A stretch of 64,000 bases of DNA from Daphnia carinata (lineage: Eukaryota): NCBI RefSeq assembly GCF_022539665.2, contig NC_081333.1, forward strand, positions 11,656,001 to 11,720,000, read 5' to 3'. Positions 63,790 through 64,000 of this stretch are shown one piece after another (within the stretch, counting starts at the first letter, position 1; every line of letters begins with the position of its first letter). The notes beneath the pieces were generated by a model that saw only the letters and a program-made list of their open reading frames with translations, was not told the DNA's origin and searched no databases. A program made the position numbers and the translations under genes.

Positions 63790-64000
63790 AGAGAGTACGA
63801 TTAGGACACGTATATTGCCAAAAACGATAGGATGTGGTACGTTTTGCTGTCCGATGGTGATGCTGCAACCATATCAACCAACTGTTTTTTCCCCGTATTT
63901 CGTAATTAATGCTACTGAGATTTGTGCTTAACCACGTTTAATCATTATAATAGAAAAATGTACGTATTCTTCAAAATTAAACTGGGATGATATTTTATTT

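Overview
Gene-dense eukaryotic (arthropod) genomic DNA. The short AT-rich introns, compact intergenic spacing and gene content suggest a branchiopod crustacean such as Daphnia (inference). Gene order: RPUSD2-like pseudouridine synthase (5'-partial, +); p24/TMED cargo receptor with a long QQQVPM repeat (-); ETAA1-like ATR activator (+); prohormone convertase 2 (-, 13 exons); NPC2/ML gene 1; a bacteria-derived Tae2/Dae2-type cell-wall amidase; a mitoregulin-like microprotein 41 nt upstream of an ASRGL1-like asparaginase; DUSP23; NPC2/ML gene 2; a ~6.7-kb near-perfect palindrome (34169-40831) with tRNA-like sequences at its centre; a cluster of hAT-like MITEs; CINP; a CSAD/GADL1/black-type decarboxylase; EXOSC7; ADCK5 with a pair of mutually exclusive exons; a putative mitochondrial membrane protein; PLC-gamma with an antisense cuticle-protein gene nested in an intron; and a coiled-coil CaaX protein. 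Three conserved genes carry single-base deletions, which points to long-read consensus errors, so structural oddities need read-level checks. All identifications come from manual translation and recalled family motifs; no database search was run.
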